Shown here piece after piece: positions 13,342 to 25,490 of a stretch of DNA of 64,000 nucleotides; position 1 is the stretch's first letter; each line of letters starts with the position of its first letter. The stretch spans positions 177,196,001-177,260,000 of the forward strand of contig NC_042997.1 of the NCBI RefSeq assembly GCF_006345805.1, in the 5' to 3' direction. The notes under the pieces are model-generated. The model was not told the origin of the DNA. It searched no databases and worked only from the letters and a program-made list of their open reading frames with translations. This stretch comes from Octopus sinensis (Eukaryota). Both the position numbers and the translations under genes were made by a program.

Positions 13342-16324
13342 GGAAGCCGTAACCTCAAATTTTTATCTTTTTATTTGTCACTCTTATATTCGGTACCTGA
13401 ACCCAACGTACATGATGTATATTTATTTCGTTGTGTTTTAAATTATACTTTGGAATTTGTATCGATTGCCTAGATGTGTTCCTTCTATAATTTCCCTTAT
13501 CCTTCGATTTACCCCGCAATGAGCATTTCTTAATACAGTCGATATATTGTGAAGTATACTTAAAAACATAATTTTTAAGAAAATTAAACTTTACGGCCAC
13601 CCCCCACCCCCGACACCCCCACACAACCCCCCCACACACAGACATACACACATATATATATGACAGGCTTCTTTCAGCCCCCACCAACCAAATCCATTTA
13701 CATAGCTTTGGTTGCCTAGAGGCTATAATAGAAGGAACCTGTTCAAACCCGGAACCATTTAGTTGAGAAGAAAACGTCGTTTGCACAGCCACTCCGGCGT
13801 CCTTTAAACTTTTTTCTTACTTTCTTTCGTTTTTTCATTTATTTGTTCCATTTAATTTTTCTCTTTTCTTGTTTTCTTCCTTTCATTCTTTTTTGTCTTT
13901 CTTTAATTTCATTCTTTCGTATTCATATTTCTTGAGCTCATTTTACCGATTTTTAAAATCGTTACCATTATTTATTTCTTCAAAGCATTTCCCTCCTATA
14001 AATTTCATTCGTGGAACCAATAGCATTCTTCATTGTGTTAGCAATCAGAAAGAAGCATGTCTTTGCATTATTTCAAACATTACAACAATTGGCTATGTTC
14101 TTCAATGGCATCTTTCGTGATAAAGTTCAAACGAATGAAAATTTATTTCCAAATCTTTAGCTTACTCTACCATTTCATTAGAAATCATTTCTTCTCTGTA
14201 CCTGCAAAGCAGCTGCTTGCCGGTTCAGACGCTCTATAATATATTGTTCAATGTTTGAATGGTTTAAGATGAAATTCTCTGCAGGAAAAGAACTTAGAAA
14301 TTTGATGTCAGCGATACTTTTTATTCAGAGCATTTTTTCAAAGTCGGTGGAATAGAAATGGTTTGCGATATTTGATTTTCTTCTTTAAAACTAAATTTAA
14401 GTTTAAATACTAGTTGGTTTAAGTTTCTTGTCTGTCTCGTAAAATGAACGCCAATATTTTCTTGCAGTCGATCCAGTTGACTAAGTTTTATCTTTTGTAG
14501 AAGCCAAATACGTATTAGAGTGAGTAGGTTAAGTGGATTAGCTAATCATAGATTATGAATACAAATTGTTTTATTTATTTTTATTTTGGTGGGTGGGGAT
14601 GTAAGAAACTTTATATCATATCTTGGTTTCCGGTTTGTCCAAACACCAAAGAAAAATGTCAGATAATTTGTGATTGATATCTGCATCGTGCCCGAGTATT
14701 TGAGGCTTTGATCTACATGCAATAAGCCAGCCATTAATAGCGAGCAATATTTTGAGAGAATGCACCATTCTTTCACTAATTATTTGGGTCCCAACGGACC
14801 TAAAACAAATTGTGAGGACACTTTCTCAGTGTCCTCACATTTAATACTCTAGGCACATGCAATATGTGACAGCTGGAGAAGCTACAAAACTGCACCAGAA
14901 CCTGGCTGGAGCATTTTACGGCAGTGTAAATTAGAAGAAACGAGTAATGAAGTGGCTTGCTCAAGAACATAACACGCTTTCTGATCAAGGGATTGAATTT
15001 ACACCATTATAATCATGAGCTGGAGGTCACTACCCACTCGGCCACAGACCTTCACAGGTGTAGCTGTTCAGATGTCATCACTTCAAATTCATTGCATGAT
15101 TATTGTTGGATTAGGGAAACAAACCTTATATTCTGAATTGTTTTCTAATTCTAGTTTATCCATATAATCTGGGGATGTTGCCGACGGTAATCTAGCTTCT
15201 TACGTATTAGGTGTATGGGACTGGTTGATAGATACAATATCTAATATTCTGAGATGGTATACTATACCGGTTTCTATATATGTTTAAAATAGATTCCGTT
15301 CACACAGTCAGGAATTTTCAATAATCTACTGGATTTCGTGTGCTAACTATTTACGCTAATTTGACTGAACATCTAAATCCATCTGAAAGCCAAACGAATG
15401 CGAAGAGTTCTGCCTACCACCACCACCACTACCACCTCCGGGACTTTGTGGTTATCGTCGCTGCATGTAGAAATCTTTAAAAAAACATTTTAAATGTATC
15501 ACATAGATGTAATCTTTGACGCGGAATCCGAATTTGTTATTAATTTATTACAGAAGAATTTTGCGAAAATGTTAGAGGTGCTCAGAGTTTGATAATTTTC
15601 AAAATTTTCAGTCAATCAGAAATCGGCGCGTTCGCTGCCTCTTCCATCATCTGTCACAGTAGCGAGAAAGGGTGGGGGACACAGGCATGTCAAAACATTA
15701 AACTAGCTACAGTAAACAGTGAAAAACATTGAAAGATTCGCGAGCAAAGTAAATATTCAAAAGCTATGCGCAAACCAACTGGAGTTACTAGAAATAACAG
15801 TCAAAACATTGCTTAAAACAGACATTTATTAATTAAAAAACTCAAGAACGAAAGTTTGCAATACACTCTAGGATTTTATAAAATAAATGATCTTTCTCAT
15901 ATCTCTTTCCCACTTATATTCACAAAGATAAAAGTCAATCATGGAACAGTGTGTCCCACACTAACGTTTGTTTCCACGTTTTAAAGATGCCCAGGTACTC
16001 TCAATTTGTTGAGTACACTCAATTTGGTGGTTAAACTCCTTGTACGCATGCGCAGCATCTTTAGTTTCTATTAAAACAGACTTCTTCGCACATGTGGTGC
16101 TTCTTTGCTTAATATGCGAACAGAACTACAAGGTGATGTGTAAAATACTCGCTCTTGATTGGCTAAAATTCCCAAATTTGGCAAGTTTTAAAAGCTAATA
16201 ACTTGAATTATGAATTTATAAGAAAAAAAGAATTTCATTTAATAATTAGTATACAAAACTTAATCCATATACCAAATTTGAAAACAGTTGGAAAAAATTG
16301 TAGACAGTGACGATAACCACAAAG

Positions 16325-16360
<36 letters not shown>

Positions 16361-17684
16361 ACACACACACAACACACACACACACACACACACACTCTCT
16401 CTCTCTCTCTCTCTCTCTCTTTAACACATACACACACACACACGTTATAAAATGCTATCAAACGTTTCGTTGGTGCTATTACAATATTTGCACACTTCCA
16501 ATTATTGACATTTGTTTGGTTTGTATATAAATTTACATACGCACATAGATATGTTCTCATGCCGACTATATTTTATAATCATTTATTCCATCTCTACTAC
16601 AATAAATATCAACGTTTCTCTAATTTCAAAGAACGGTTGTATTGTTATCCAATATGGTTCTATTATTTCATATCATCTAATCATGTTATTGCATGCCATT
16701 ACGTATTATCTTTTCATAATCGTCCGAAGATCAACAACGCGAGACTCGAATGAAAGTTTTGTGAAATTTCATCTTCCGATAAATTTATACTACTCGACTT
16801 TCAACGAACTCATGTTCACACTTCTTCCTCTTGTTCACACTGATATGGTTATAAATACATGCACGCACACGCACACACATGTATGTATGTATAACTATTG
16901 GTTAATAGATTCACGTTGATATTGGCTCCCACGTCATTCAAACTTAATTACGGTTGGCAGCCATGTCAAGTAAAAGGACTACTGAAATTGGCTGCTATGT
17001 CAAGTAATAGGGCTACTGAAGTCAGCTGCCATATTGTTAAGAAATAGCTTATCTGTAATTCTGAACTAATTGTTGTTATAAAAAAAAATATCGGTAGTTT
17101 AGACTTCAAATGAAATTATTTTCTCGCCTAAACTCCCTGGTGACTTATATGCTATCTTATTTTCCCTAACACCCCGATTTTTATCTATTTTTACTAGTCT
17201 CCTTTTTGGGTTTTGGCAATGAGTCTCACACACTGCTATTATATAAATGTATGCTAAACTAACAGGCATATGTTTTTAGCAAGCACACACTTTTAGCATT
17301 GCTGTAAAATGTGATTAAACCACATGTGACCAAAACACGATGTTCTGTCTGAATAGTTCCACTGTTTTTTTACCGGTTTTTATTCCACTTCAATATCAAA
17401 TTGTTTAGTCATTTTGCCCTGTCTGCCAAGAGAATATTAGTTTATAGTTGTTTTCAGAATGTGCAAACTTGTATAGAAGAGTGTAAACGTTGGCAACACG
17501 AATGAATTAATTTCGAGGAGTACTGCGAGGTGTTGTGATAAATAGAAATGGGCTTTTAGTAAATAATTTCTCACATTGCCAACGACTACATCAAATTAAG
17601 CAGGCCAATTTAGTTCTAGTTGAGTTTGTGTTTACTATAAATAGCTATAAGCTATTGTTTCTGTTGTAAGGAAAATCAGCAGCC

Positions 17685-17724
17685 GATCTGATGAGGTGTT
17701 AACAAAACCTGAAACTAGTCAGAC
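17685..17724 (+). ncRNA. Degenerate minimal hammerhead motif in a Penelope-like pseudo-LTR (about 17,560-17,830)
   Basis: CTGATGA(17,688-17,694)-GGT gttaacaaa ACC T-GAAAC-TA-GTC-agac; helix III palindrome ACTAGT; stem I poorly paired. Confidence 0.5.
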
Positions 17725-17949
17725 ATATCCTTTTCTTCGGGCAACAGAAAAAAAAGGTGAGGTTTAACCACAGTAGCTAATTTTCATAACAAGGCTAAAA
17801 TGTATATCTACTAAAAATATGCAGCTTATATCTATGTTTATCATAACATCTAGTAATTAAAAATTAATCTCTATAACGCTTTGCTACTTTTCCCATGTTA
17901 TAATCTATAATGTTCTGTTTTATTTTCGAATACTGAATCAGTATTTATT

Positions 17950-18300
17950 AATTTATTCCTCGAAGTTAGAAAAGATATCCAGCACCAGGTGAAGCTGGAA
18001 ACTTCGCTCCAATGAAAATAACACTCATCGAACAGATATGCTGACATTTTTTGAAAAATAAACTTTCAAATGGGTTCTGTCTGCAGCAGACTAAAATGTC
18101 ATCAGTCAGTCTTTTATAAAATGCCACAGCAACTATTTTTTTTTCAAGAGTTTTTCTTCGAAAGGGTAATATATAATACATTCATTAGACAAAACCATAT
18201 TTTATAGTCGTTGATATCAAATGCATTCACACCCTATCCCAAGATAATCATAGAATTTTTTCAACAAGTTGGAATGCAGTATCTATAATTCGCGGAGATT
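17950..18300 (-). pseudogene. Penelope-like reverse-transcriptase relic
   Basis: LPFEEKLL...AFYKRLTDDILV resembles the Penelope F.EKLL...YxRYVDDIF motif, followed by LVLDI (approx. LPFLDI) after a frameshift. Confidence 0.55.
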
Positions 18301-19305
18301 AGATATTATTTGTGTTGGGAAAAAGTCAGAAGATATATTGGTTTACTATGAGTGGAAAAAATACGTAATAATTTGGCCTGAGTCTTTCAAAGTTCTGATC
18401 GCCCATGGTCAAGCATAATCATGACCAAAGTCGTTCCATTTGTGACCGTCTCTTTGTAAAACATTTGATGTAAGGCTACATTAACCCTTTTATCTCTTCA
18501 TTAAGGCGGTTACATGAGAAATGCTTTTTCTGGCAGATCAAGCTATCGTATAGAACCAGCTATGTTGGTTCCATATTTCTTGTTATCTCTGTTGATGATG
18601 GCTGAATATGTTTGGGCTCTCGCTATGTCTGTAGCCAATAACAATATGAAGCAATTACTAAAACGTTTGAAGTGGAACTTATTCGAAGTTTAATATTCTG
18701 GAAATCATTCCGTTTGAAATATTAGTCAACAGAATTCGATTCTTACGTTCATATAACCATACCATATTCTTTCTATTTCTTTTGTTTACGATCTTTCATC
18801 TTTGATGGAACATACCTTTGATGAAAGTTTTCCTATTTATGTCATTCACATCGTTTCTATCGGAGATAATTCATCTAGGTATTCAGTATTTAAAGTGTTC
18901 ATCTTTTTATAAATTGGCAAGGAGTGGTTTACAGGAATTCTAACTGCTATATGTAAAGGGTCGAGCGACGTCATAGACTCCTTCTGCTGGTTGCAAAAAT
19001 ATATGTAGCATTTCATGACAGACAACAGCAACAACTATGACGTAAATAAAAATGTTACTTCAATGAATGAAGCGTAGCAGGAATATTCACCAATATTTTT
19101 ATTTCTCCCTTGTTTACAAAATAGTTATATTTACCATACTTATATTCCCCAGAGTCTTCAGTTTAGAACTGGTTTGATTGGAATACAAAATATATATATG
19201 TGAGGGGTGCTTTATCGATTTTTAGGAATAGGTTTGTTCAAAAGTACGTATGTACGTATCTTTCTAAGTACTGATCAAAGCATGTAATCTCTCTCTCTCC
19301 CCCCC

Positions 19306-19337
<32 letters not shown>

Positions 19338-19539
19338 TATATATGTATATAATGTATGCATGTATGTATGTATGTGTGAGTGTGTAAATACCTACATATA
19401 GTTTTATATATATATATTTATATATATAAATATATATATATACATACATATATAAATATATGTGAGTGTGTAAATACCTACATATAGTTTTATATATATA
19501 TTTATATATATATAATATCCATATAAGTATAAGTGAATG

Positions 19540-19585
<46 letters not shown>

Positions 19586-20182
19586 TATAGATAGATATTT
19601 ATTCACACGCACGCACAACGTACACAAACACACACACATATCAATTTACATATACGTTAACATAAATGTATACATACTCGTATATATTTGTATTTTCACA
19701 TATATGCACACATAAACGCACGTACGTATACACCTACACAGACATATGCACACACTCGAGCTCACACGCACACATTCTACATTACCTATAATCCTAGTTA
19801 GCATTTTAGACGATAAAATCCATCCTGTGTTTACGTGTACGGTTATATGTATTTGCATTATAACTAAAGAATAATCTCTGAGTAAATTGTGAAATATTAC
19901 TATAAATTTTTAATAAAGCAGCTTGCTTATTTTATCTCGCACTTGGGAACATTTACATTAGTTACTAATACGCAGATATAATAACAGTTTCGTTTGAACA
20001 AGACGGACGGCAACATTAACAACCGTTTCATTATTTTGTCAGCTACGAAGTAATAACATATTACTATAGTATACTAGCAAAAGAAAGCAGGATACAAAAC
20101 ATTTAGAATACAATCCGTCTCTTCTTTCGATGTCCCGTTCTCTTTCTCTCTCTATTCCTTCCCTTCCTATATATCTGGCCTC

Positions 20183-20236
<54 letters not shown>

Positions 20237-20441
20237 TGTGTGTGTGTATACATATATAAATGAATATGTACTGAAACTATTAAAGAAAAATATGCACATA
20301 CATACAAACATATATGAATACATACGTATATATAAAATGGAGTAGGCCGGTTTATGAGATTACCCTGGGTTTCCCGTCCATGAAGTGTTTAGCTTTATGG
20401 CGTATCGTCAGACCCCCAAACCTGTTGGCCTAAGACCTCTT

Positions 20442-20496
<55 letters not shown>

Positions 20497-20519
20497 CATA
20501 GAACAAATAAATAGACGAT

Positions 20520-21010
20520 GCAAAGCGACACGAGAAACAACAATTAGGACAGGCAAAAAAAGACGGGTCATTCGTAGCCTTCTTTCCTCAGCCAAGTATT
20601 CCAGAAATCTTTACTGTTTCGGGCAGTTACAAAATGTCTAAGCTAAGAGCATTAGACTTTTTGTAAAAAAAGCTAGCGAATGTGTACGGCAAAAAAAAAA
20701 TAACAAAAAAAATCCCCCAGAGAATATGGTACGCAAATACAAACAACAAGAACATAACAACAGGTGTCTTTTGATTCAGAACGAATCAAATTGAGCTGGC
20801 GTGTATGAAGTGAAAGCCTAAAGGCAGGAACCTAGGAGATGGACATAAGAGGTGTTGGCGGTCGGTAGTCAGGCCAAGAAAGAAAGATCATGGCTAGCCG
20901 GACACCAGTCACGTGGAAGGAGGAGAGAGGGGTAGGGAGCAGAGGGATTGAAGGATAGAAAATAAATCAGACAAAGGGAAAGGTATAGAGGAGAAAAACG
21001 AGGAAAAAGT
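20520..21010 (-). mobile_element. Unclassified interspersed repeat ('gaatgacccgtc' family)
   Basis: Reverse-complement homology to 23,890-24,610 (+) and 62,410-62,550 (-), e.g. 'gacgggtcattcgt', 'aacaggtgtcttt', 'aagctaagagcatta'. Confidence 0.7.
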
Positions 21011-21049
21011 GGGAGTTAGGGAAAGAGAGGGTCAAGAAATGTGTATAGA

Positions 21050-21100
21050 TCTGTATGTGTATATATATATATATATATTATATATATGTGTGTGTCTGTG

Positions 21101-21171
<71 letters not shown>

Positions 21172-21234
21172 ATGTATATATATATATGTGTGTGTGTGTG
21201 AATGTATATATATATGTATGTGTGTGTGTGTGTG

Positions 21235-21288
<54 letters not shown>

Positions 21289-21540
21289 ATGTGTGTGTGT
21301 GTGTGGTGTGTGTATGTATTATATATATGTGTGTGTATGTATATATATTGTGTTTGTGTATGTATGTGTATATATATATATATGTGTGTGTATGTAATAT
21401 ATATATATGTTGTGTGTATGTATTGTATATAATATATGTGTGTGTATATATATATATTATGTGTGTGTGTGTGTGTTTGTGTGTATTATATATATATATA
21501 TGTGTAGTATATTAATTATAACACGTACAGATATATATAT

Positions 21541-21591
<51 letters not shown>

Positions 21592-21620
21592 TGTGTGTGT
21601 TGTATGTGTGTATATGTATG
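21050..21620. repeat. ~570-bp mosaic (TA)n/(TG)n microsatellite
   Basis: Directly visible. Confidence 0.95.
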
Positions 21621-22020
21621 TAGTAAAGTGTTGAAAGAATGATGTTAATAGTTGTAAAATCAATTGGTCAGTGTCCATATGGAAGACGTGTGTCCCTAGA
21701 TTACTAACTCCAGAAACATTGATCTTTGTCTCACAGGAAAATATAATATTGTATTTTTGCATAAAAAAAAAACCCTGACAATTGATGTATTCTTGCAGAA
21801 ATTTCAATCGATGTTTATTCGTATTCAGCTGCCATGTGGCTGAAATAGATTATTTTCCTTAAAAGTGATTTCCCGCACAGCGAAACGTGATTAAATAACG
21901 TAACATTCTTTTATTATCAAGATGAGAAATAAGGAAATAAGTAAGAAGGAATGTATTTTCAAACCAGAGACCTGAGTGGACACCATTAAAGGTATCCAAG
22001 TGACAGATAGTAGTATTAAA

Positions 22021-22251
22021 CGGCGGCGAGCTGGCGGAATCGTTAGCACGTCGGGCGAAATGCTGAGCGGTATTTCGTCTGCCACTACTCTCTGAGTTCA
22101 AATTCCGCCGAGGTCGACTTTGCCTTTTTTCCTTTCGGGGTCGATTAAATAAGTACCAGTTACGCACTGGGGTCGATATAATCGACTTAATCCATTTGTC
22201 TGTCCTTGTTTGTCCTCTCTGTGTTTAGCCCCTTGCGGGTAGTAAAGAAAT
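22021..22251 (+). mobile_element. Full-length Meta-core SINE monomer with 16-bp TSD
   Basis: TSD agatagtagtattaaa at 22,005-22,020 and 22,252-22,267; A box tggcggaatcgttag, B box gagttcaaattcc. Confidence 0.9.
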
Positions 22252-22552
22252 AGATAGTAGTATTAAACCGGCCTGTGGATTTGCTTTCAGCCTACCATCC
22301 AAGTAAGCCTCGCAGGATTTGAACTCAGTACAAAAAGCTCTGTCCAGCACAAACACTGTTCATATCAAGAAAATATCACCTAACCACACCCCTGAACGAC
22401 ACTCAACTAGAGCTATCCCATTTGTTCCATATGCTAGGCCCCGCTATCACGAGAATCTCTCCTGCCAAAAATTACGTCCTTAACTAGGACATCCCAAAGA
22501 CTGACCCATCCCTTCAAAGCCGGAAAATATTTCAACCCCAAAAGCAGTTGAT

Positions 22553-22645
22553 AAGTGAGGATCACAAATAAAACTCAAGTGAGGACCACAAATAAGGATC
22601 AAGTGAGGACCACAAATAAGGCTCAAGTGAGGACCACAATAAAAT
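22553..22645 (+). repeat. 24-bp minisatellite, about four copies
   Basis: Unit caagtgaggaccacaaataaggct. Confidence 0.9.
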
Positions 22646-23009
22646 ACTGAGTCTATATCCGGAACGGGGCCATATAACGCTTGTAAACAACCTGGGCCGT
22701 ATCCAGTTTATAACCAATCGACTAACTGGTATTCAATGATTTATTTACACGTTCCAACCCACAGGCATGCTGTCCCTTCTCAATGTTCTTTCCATCGTTA
22801 CTCTAATGACTGTACCTTTATTTCAAAGGGACAGACTTGTCAGATTCTGTGTCATGCTGAATGTTCCTACGTTAAGGGTTCGCGTGGAATGCTTAGTCAC
22901 TTGCACATTAATTTCACGTGTAGGCTGTTCCATTGTTCGGATCAGTTGGAACACTCGTTGTCGTAACCGACGGAGTGTCAGTGTATAATGACTTCTGTTT
23001 CTCAAAGCT

Positions 23010-23166
23010 GGCTGTTCTCTTGCTCACACATCTCAGAAAAATCGTCGTCCCTGTAGGTATTGACCTGCAACAGTTTAAACGGAACATTAATGACATCAAT
23101 CTTACCAAGCCTCAGAGGGCTTCACAACTCATGGGTATTGCCGCTTCCTTAAGACACAACAGGTAA
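23010..23166 (+). pseudogene. C-terminal end of an R4/Dong-clade LINE ORF
   Basis: KIVVPVGI...KPQRASQLMGIAASLRHNR* resembles the R4/Dong terminus V.VVPVVIG...LQKA.LLGTA.ILR..L*. Confidence 0.5.
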
Positions 23167-23535
23167 TATAACTAAAATATATGTATAATGACGCTCTAAT
23201 GATCCTGTAAATTCGTCAGCTACACTGAGTATAAATTTGACGCCGAACACTTAATAGACAAATGGATTTCATTTTCCTCTTTAATCTTAAAGAGATTTAC
23301 TGTACGAAAATGAAACCATGCAATTTACACGGTGTCTGAAGATTGGTATTTACAGTTTCAATATCTTGGCTGAGATCGACTGAACTATGCCATGAGGAAA
23401 CATCAATAATATCGTTATAGTTTGATATATCTTATTTAAATAGCTGCTCTGCATATTGATTTTTTTTACCACAAATTTAATATCTTAAATATGATTATAT
23501 ACCTAATTTGGGTAAGAAAGGGAACCCAATCAATA

Positions 23536-23578
<43 letters not shown>

Positions 23579-23594
23579 GTACAACATTCAGTAT

Positions 23595-23684
<90 letters not shown>

Positions 23685-23788
23685 CAGACACACACACACA
23701 CACACACACACAAATTCTTTCCTCCATAAGATTCGAGGCATATGACTCAAGGTTTCAGAGTTTCTTGCTTCAACACCATAACAAACAT

Positions 23789-23826
<38 letters not shown>

Positions 23827-24799
23827 ATATATGTGTGTAGCGGTGTACGTACACTTTGGTCTCTTATAGATAAGTATATATATATATATATATGTCTAAA
23901 TTTTGTATGACTCTATTATTCTTTCTATTCTTTCATTCTTTCCTTTACACTTCGTTCATTCCACCATTCGTTCTTTCGTTCCTCCTCTCTCACATTTCCT
24001 GGCCTTCTCTTCATGCTCACTTTCCCTCCTCTTTCACTTCACCGTGTCTCTTTTATTTTTTTCGCTCCTCCTTAATTCTTCTATCCCTCTGCCTTTACTT
24101 CTCTCTCTCTCTCTTCTCTCCTCACGTGTTCGGTATTCGGCCAGGTCTAATCCTTCTTTCTTGTTTCGACTACCATCCGTGCAACATTTATATTTCTCCC
24201 TGTGCTTGTTAAATCGTACGACTCTGCCGTAAGGCTTTACTTGCACACACGCCAGCTTAATTTAATTCGCCCTTAGTCGAAAGACACCTGTTGTTATGGC
24301 CTGTTAATTGCATTTGTATTTGTGTAACATCTCTCTGTTTTTTCCGTCCTTGTTTTCGTATACATTCGCTGCTTTCTTCCAAGGAATTTAATGCTCTTAG
24401 CTTAATTATTCATTGGGGCTGGCCAGATTGGAGCAATTTCGTGTATAACCAACCGAAATTGCAAAGATAATATGGAACTCGACTGAGGATAGAAAACTCC
24501 GAATGACCCGTCCTTGTTTTCTTTGTATCGTCTGTTTTGATGTTTTGTTGTCCCTTTCTTGTATCACCAAACTGTCTGGATGTTTTGCGTTCTTGTCCCA
24601 TTTTTGGCTATCTATCTATCTATCTATCTATCTATCTCTATCTATCTATCTATCTATCTATCTCTCTCTCTCTCTCTATCTATCTATCTATATATATATA
24701 TATATATACATATTTACAGGGGATGAACATATATTTATATATGTATATATGTTCTATATATATATGTGCGTGTGTGTGTCTGTGTGTGTGTAAGTTATT

Positions 24800-25490
24800 A
24801 ATTCCTCACATGTCTATTATCCTTCAAAAGTGTCTTCGTTATGAACTTTATCAAATTACGTTTAGCAGCACGCACAATGTTTATTATGGCATCCCAAACT
24901 AGTGGGACGAGGTCCCGAATGTCGACAACAGAATTTGTAATGTATTCACAAGTGTCAGGTAGTTTTGCTAATCATGGTAACGGATTAAGCCTAGTAACTG
25001 ATATAAGTTCGACAATGAGAAAATAATTGCTCTACTAATCCCAAAACAATAGCAATCGATCTATTAAATTTAGTAGTCAAATCTGACTCTTATCGAATCC
25101 TACTACTTCAAAAGGAGATTGTACATAAAATAATGTAGTCTGAGGTACACTATGTCGGAACAGATTGAACAGGTTTCGAATAGCTAACAAATTAGCTTGG
25201 CTCGATTTAGATTAAATAAGTTTATTATCTCATCTCATCTTGGTCTCCCATAGGACGCTCCAAGGAGTTTCGGTCGCGCATACTATAGGGGTCACAGGGT
25301 GCTGCTCCATATGGTCACGCTCTTTCCATCTAACTAGGAATATTAAGGTCTCATCCATTGCCGACGCTTTGATTTATTGTCGTTAAGGTTTTGCTTGTCT
25401 CCTAACCTTAGACCTGCCTGGCCTGGTAAGATCTGCCTGAAGATTTCTCTCCCTCCAGCATAGCTCTCCCGGGTCAATGGAGCACACAGG
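24800..25490 (-). pseudogene. RTE-clade LINE relic (5' UTR motif plus endonuclease/linker remains)
   Basis: The minus strand near 25,390-25,490 carries an RTE-like 5' UTR ('gaccc...gagagctatgct...ccaggcaggtctaagg'); downstream, LVWDAIINIVRAAKRNL...FITKTLL resembles the RTE linker W..IK..I..AA...L...WI...TL. Confidence 0.5.

Larger units (their letters stand above)
12136..13504. mobile_element. Second fold-back element with long diverged inverted arms, nested SINE and internal tandem duplication
   Basis: 12,136-12,412 is the reverse complement of 13,288-13,504, with an extra ~58-bp block in the left arm; the left end abuts (TA)n. Confidence 0.7.

Noticed and set aside
14501-14519. 19-nt micro-exon candidate (tag|AAGCC...TAGA|gtgagt)
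   Set aside because: Such motif pairs are expected by chance in 64 kb, and there are no supporting neighbouring exons.
18560-19034. Possible R4/Dong RT relic on the minus strand
   Set aside because: The resemblance (IPVNHS, GMFHQR) is too weak to support without a profile search.
23057-23162. Apparent 106-nt plus-strand exon (IDLQQFKRNINDINLTKPQRASQLMGIAASLRHN)
   Set aside because: It resembles the C-terminus of R4/Dong LINE ORFs and ends at a stop in the expected position.
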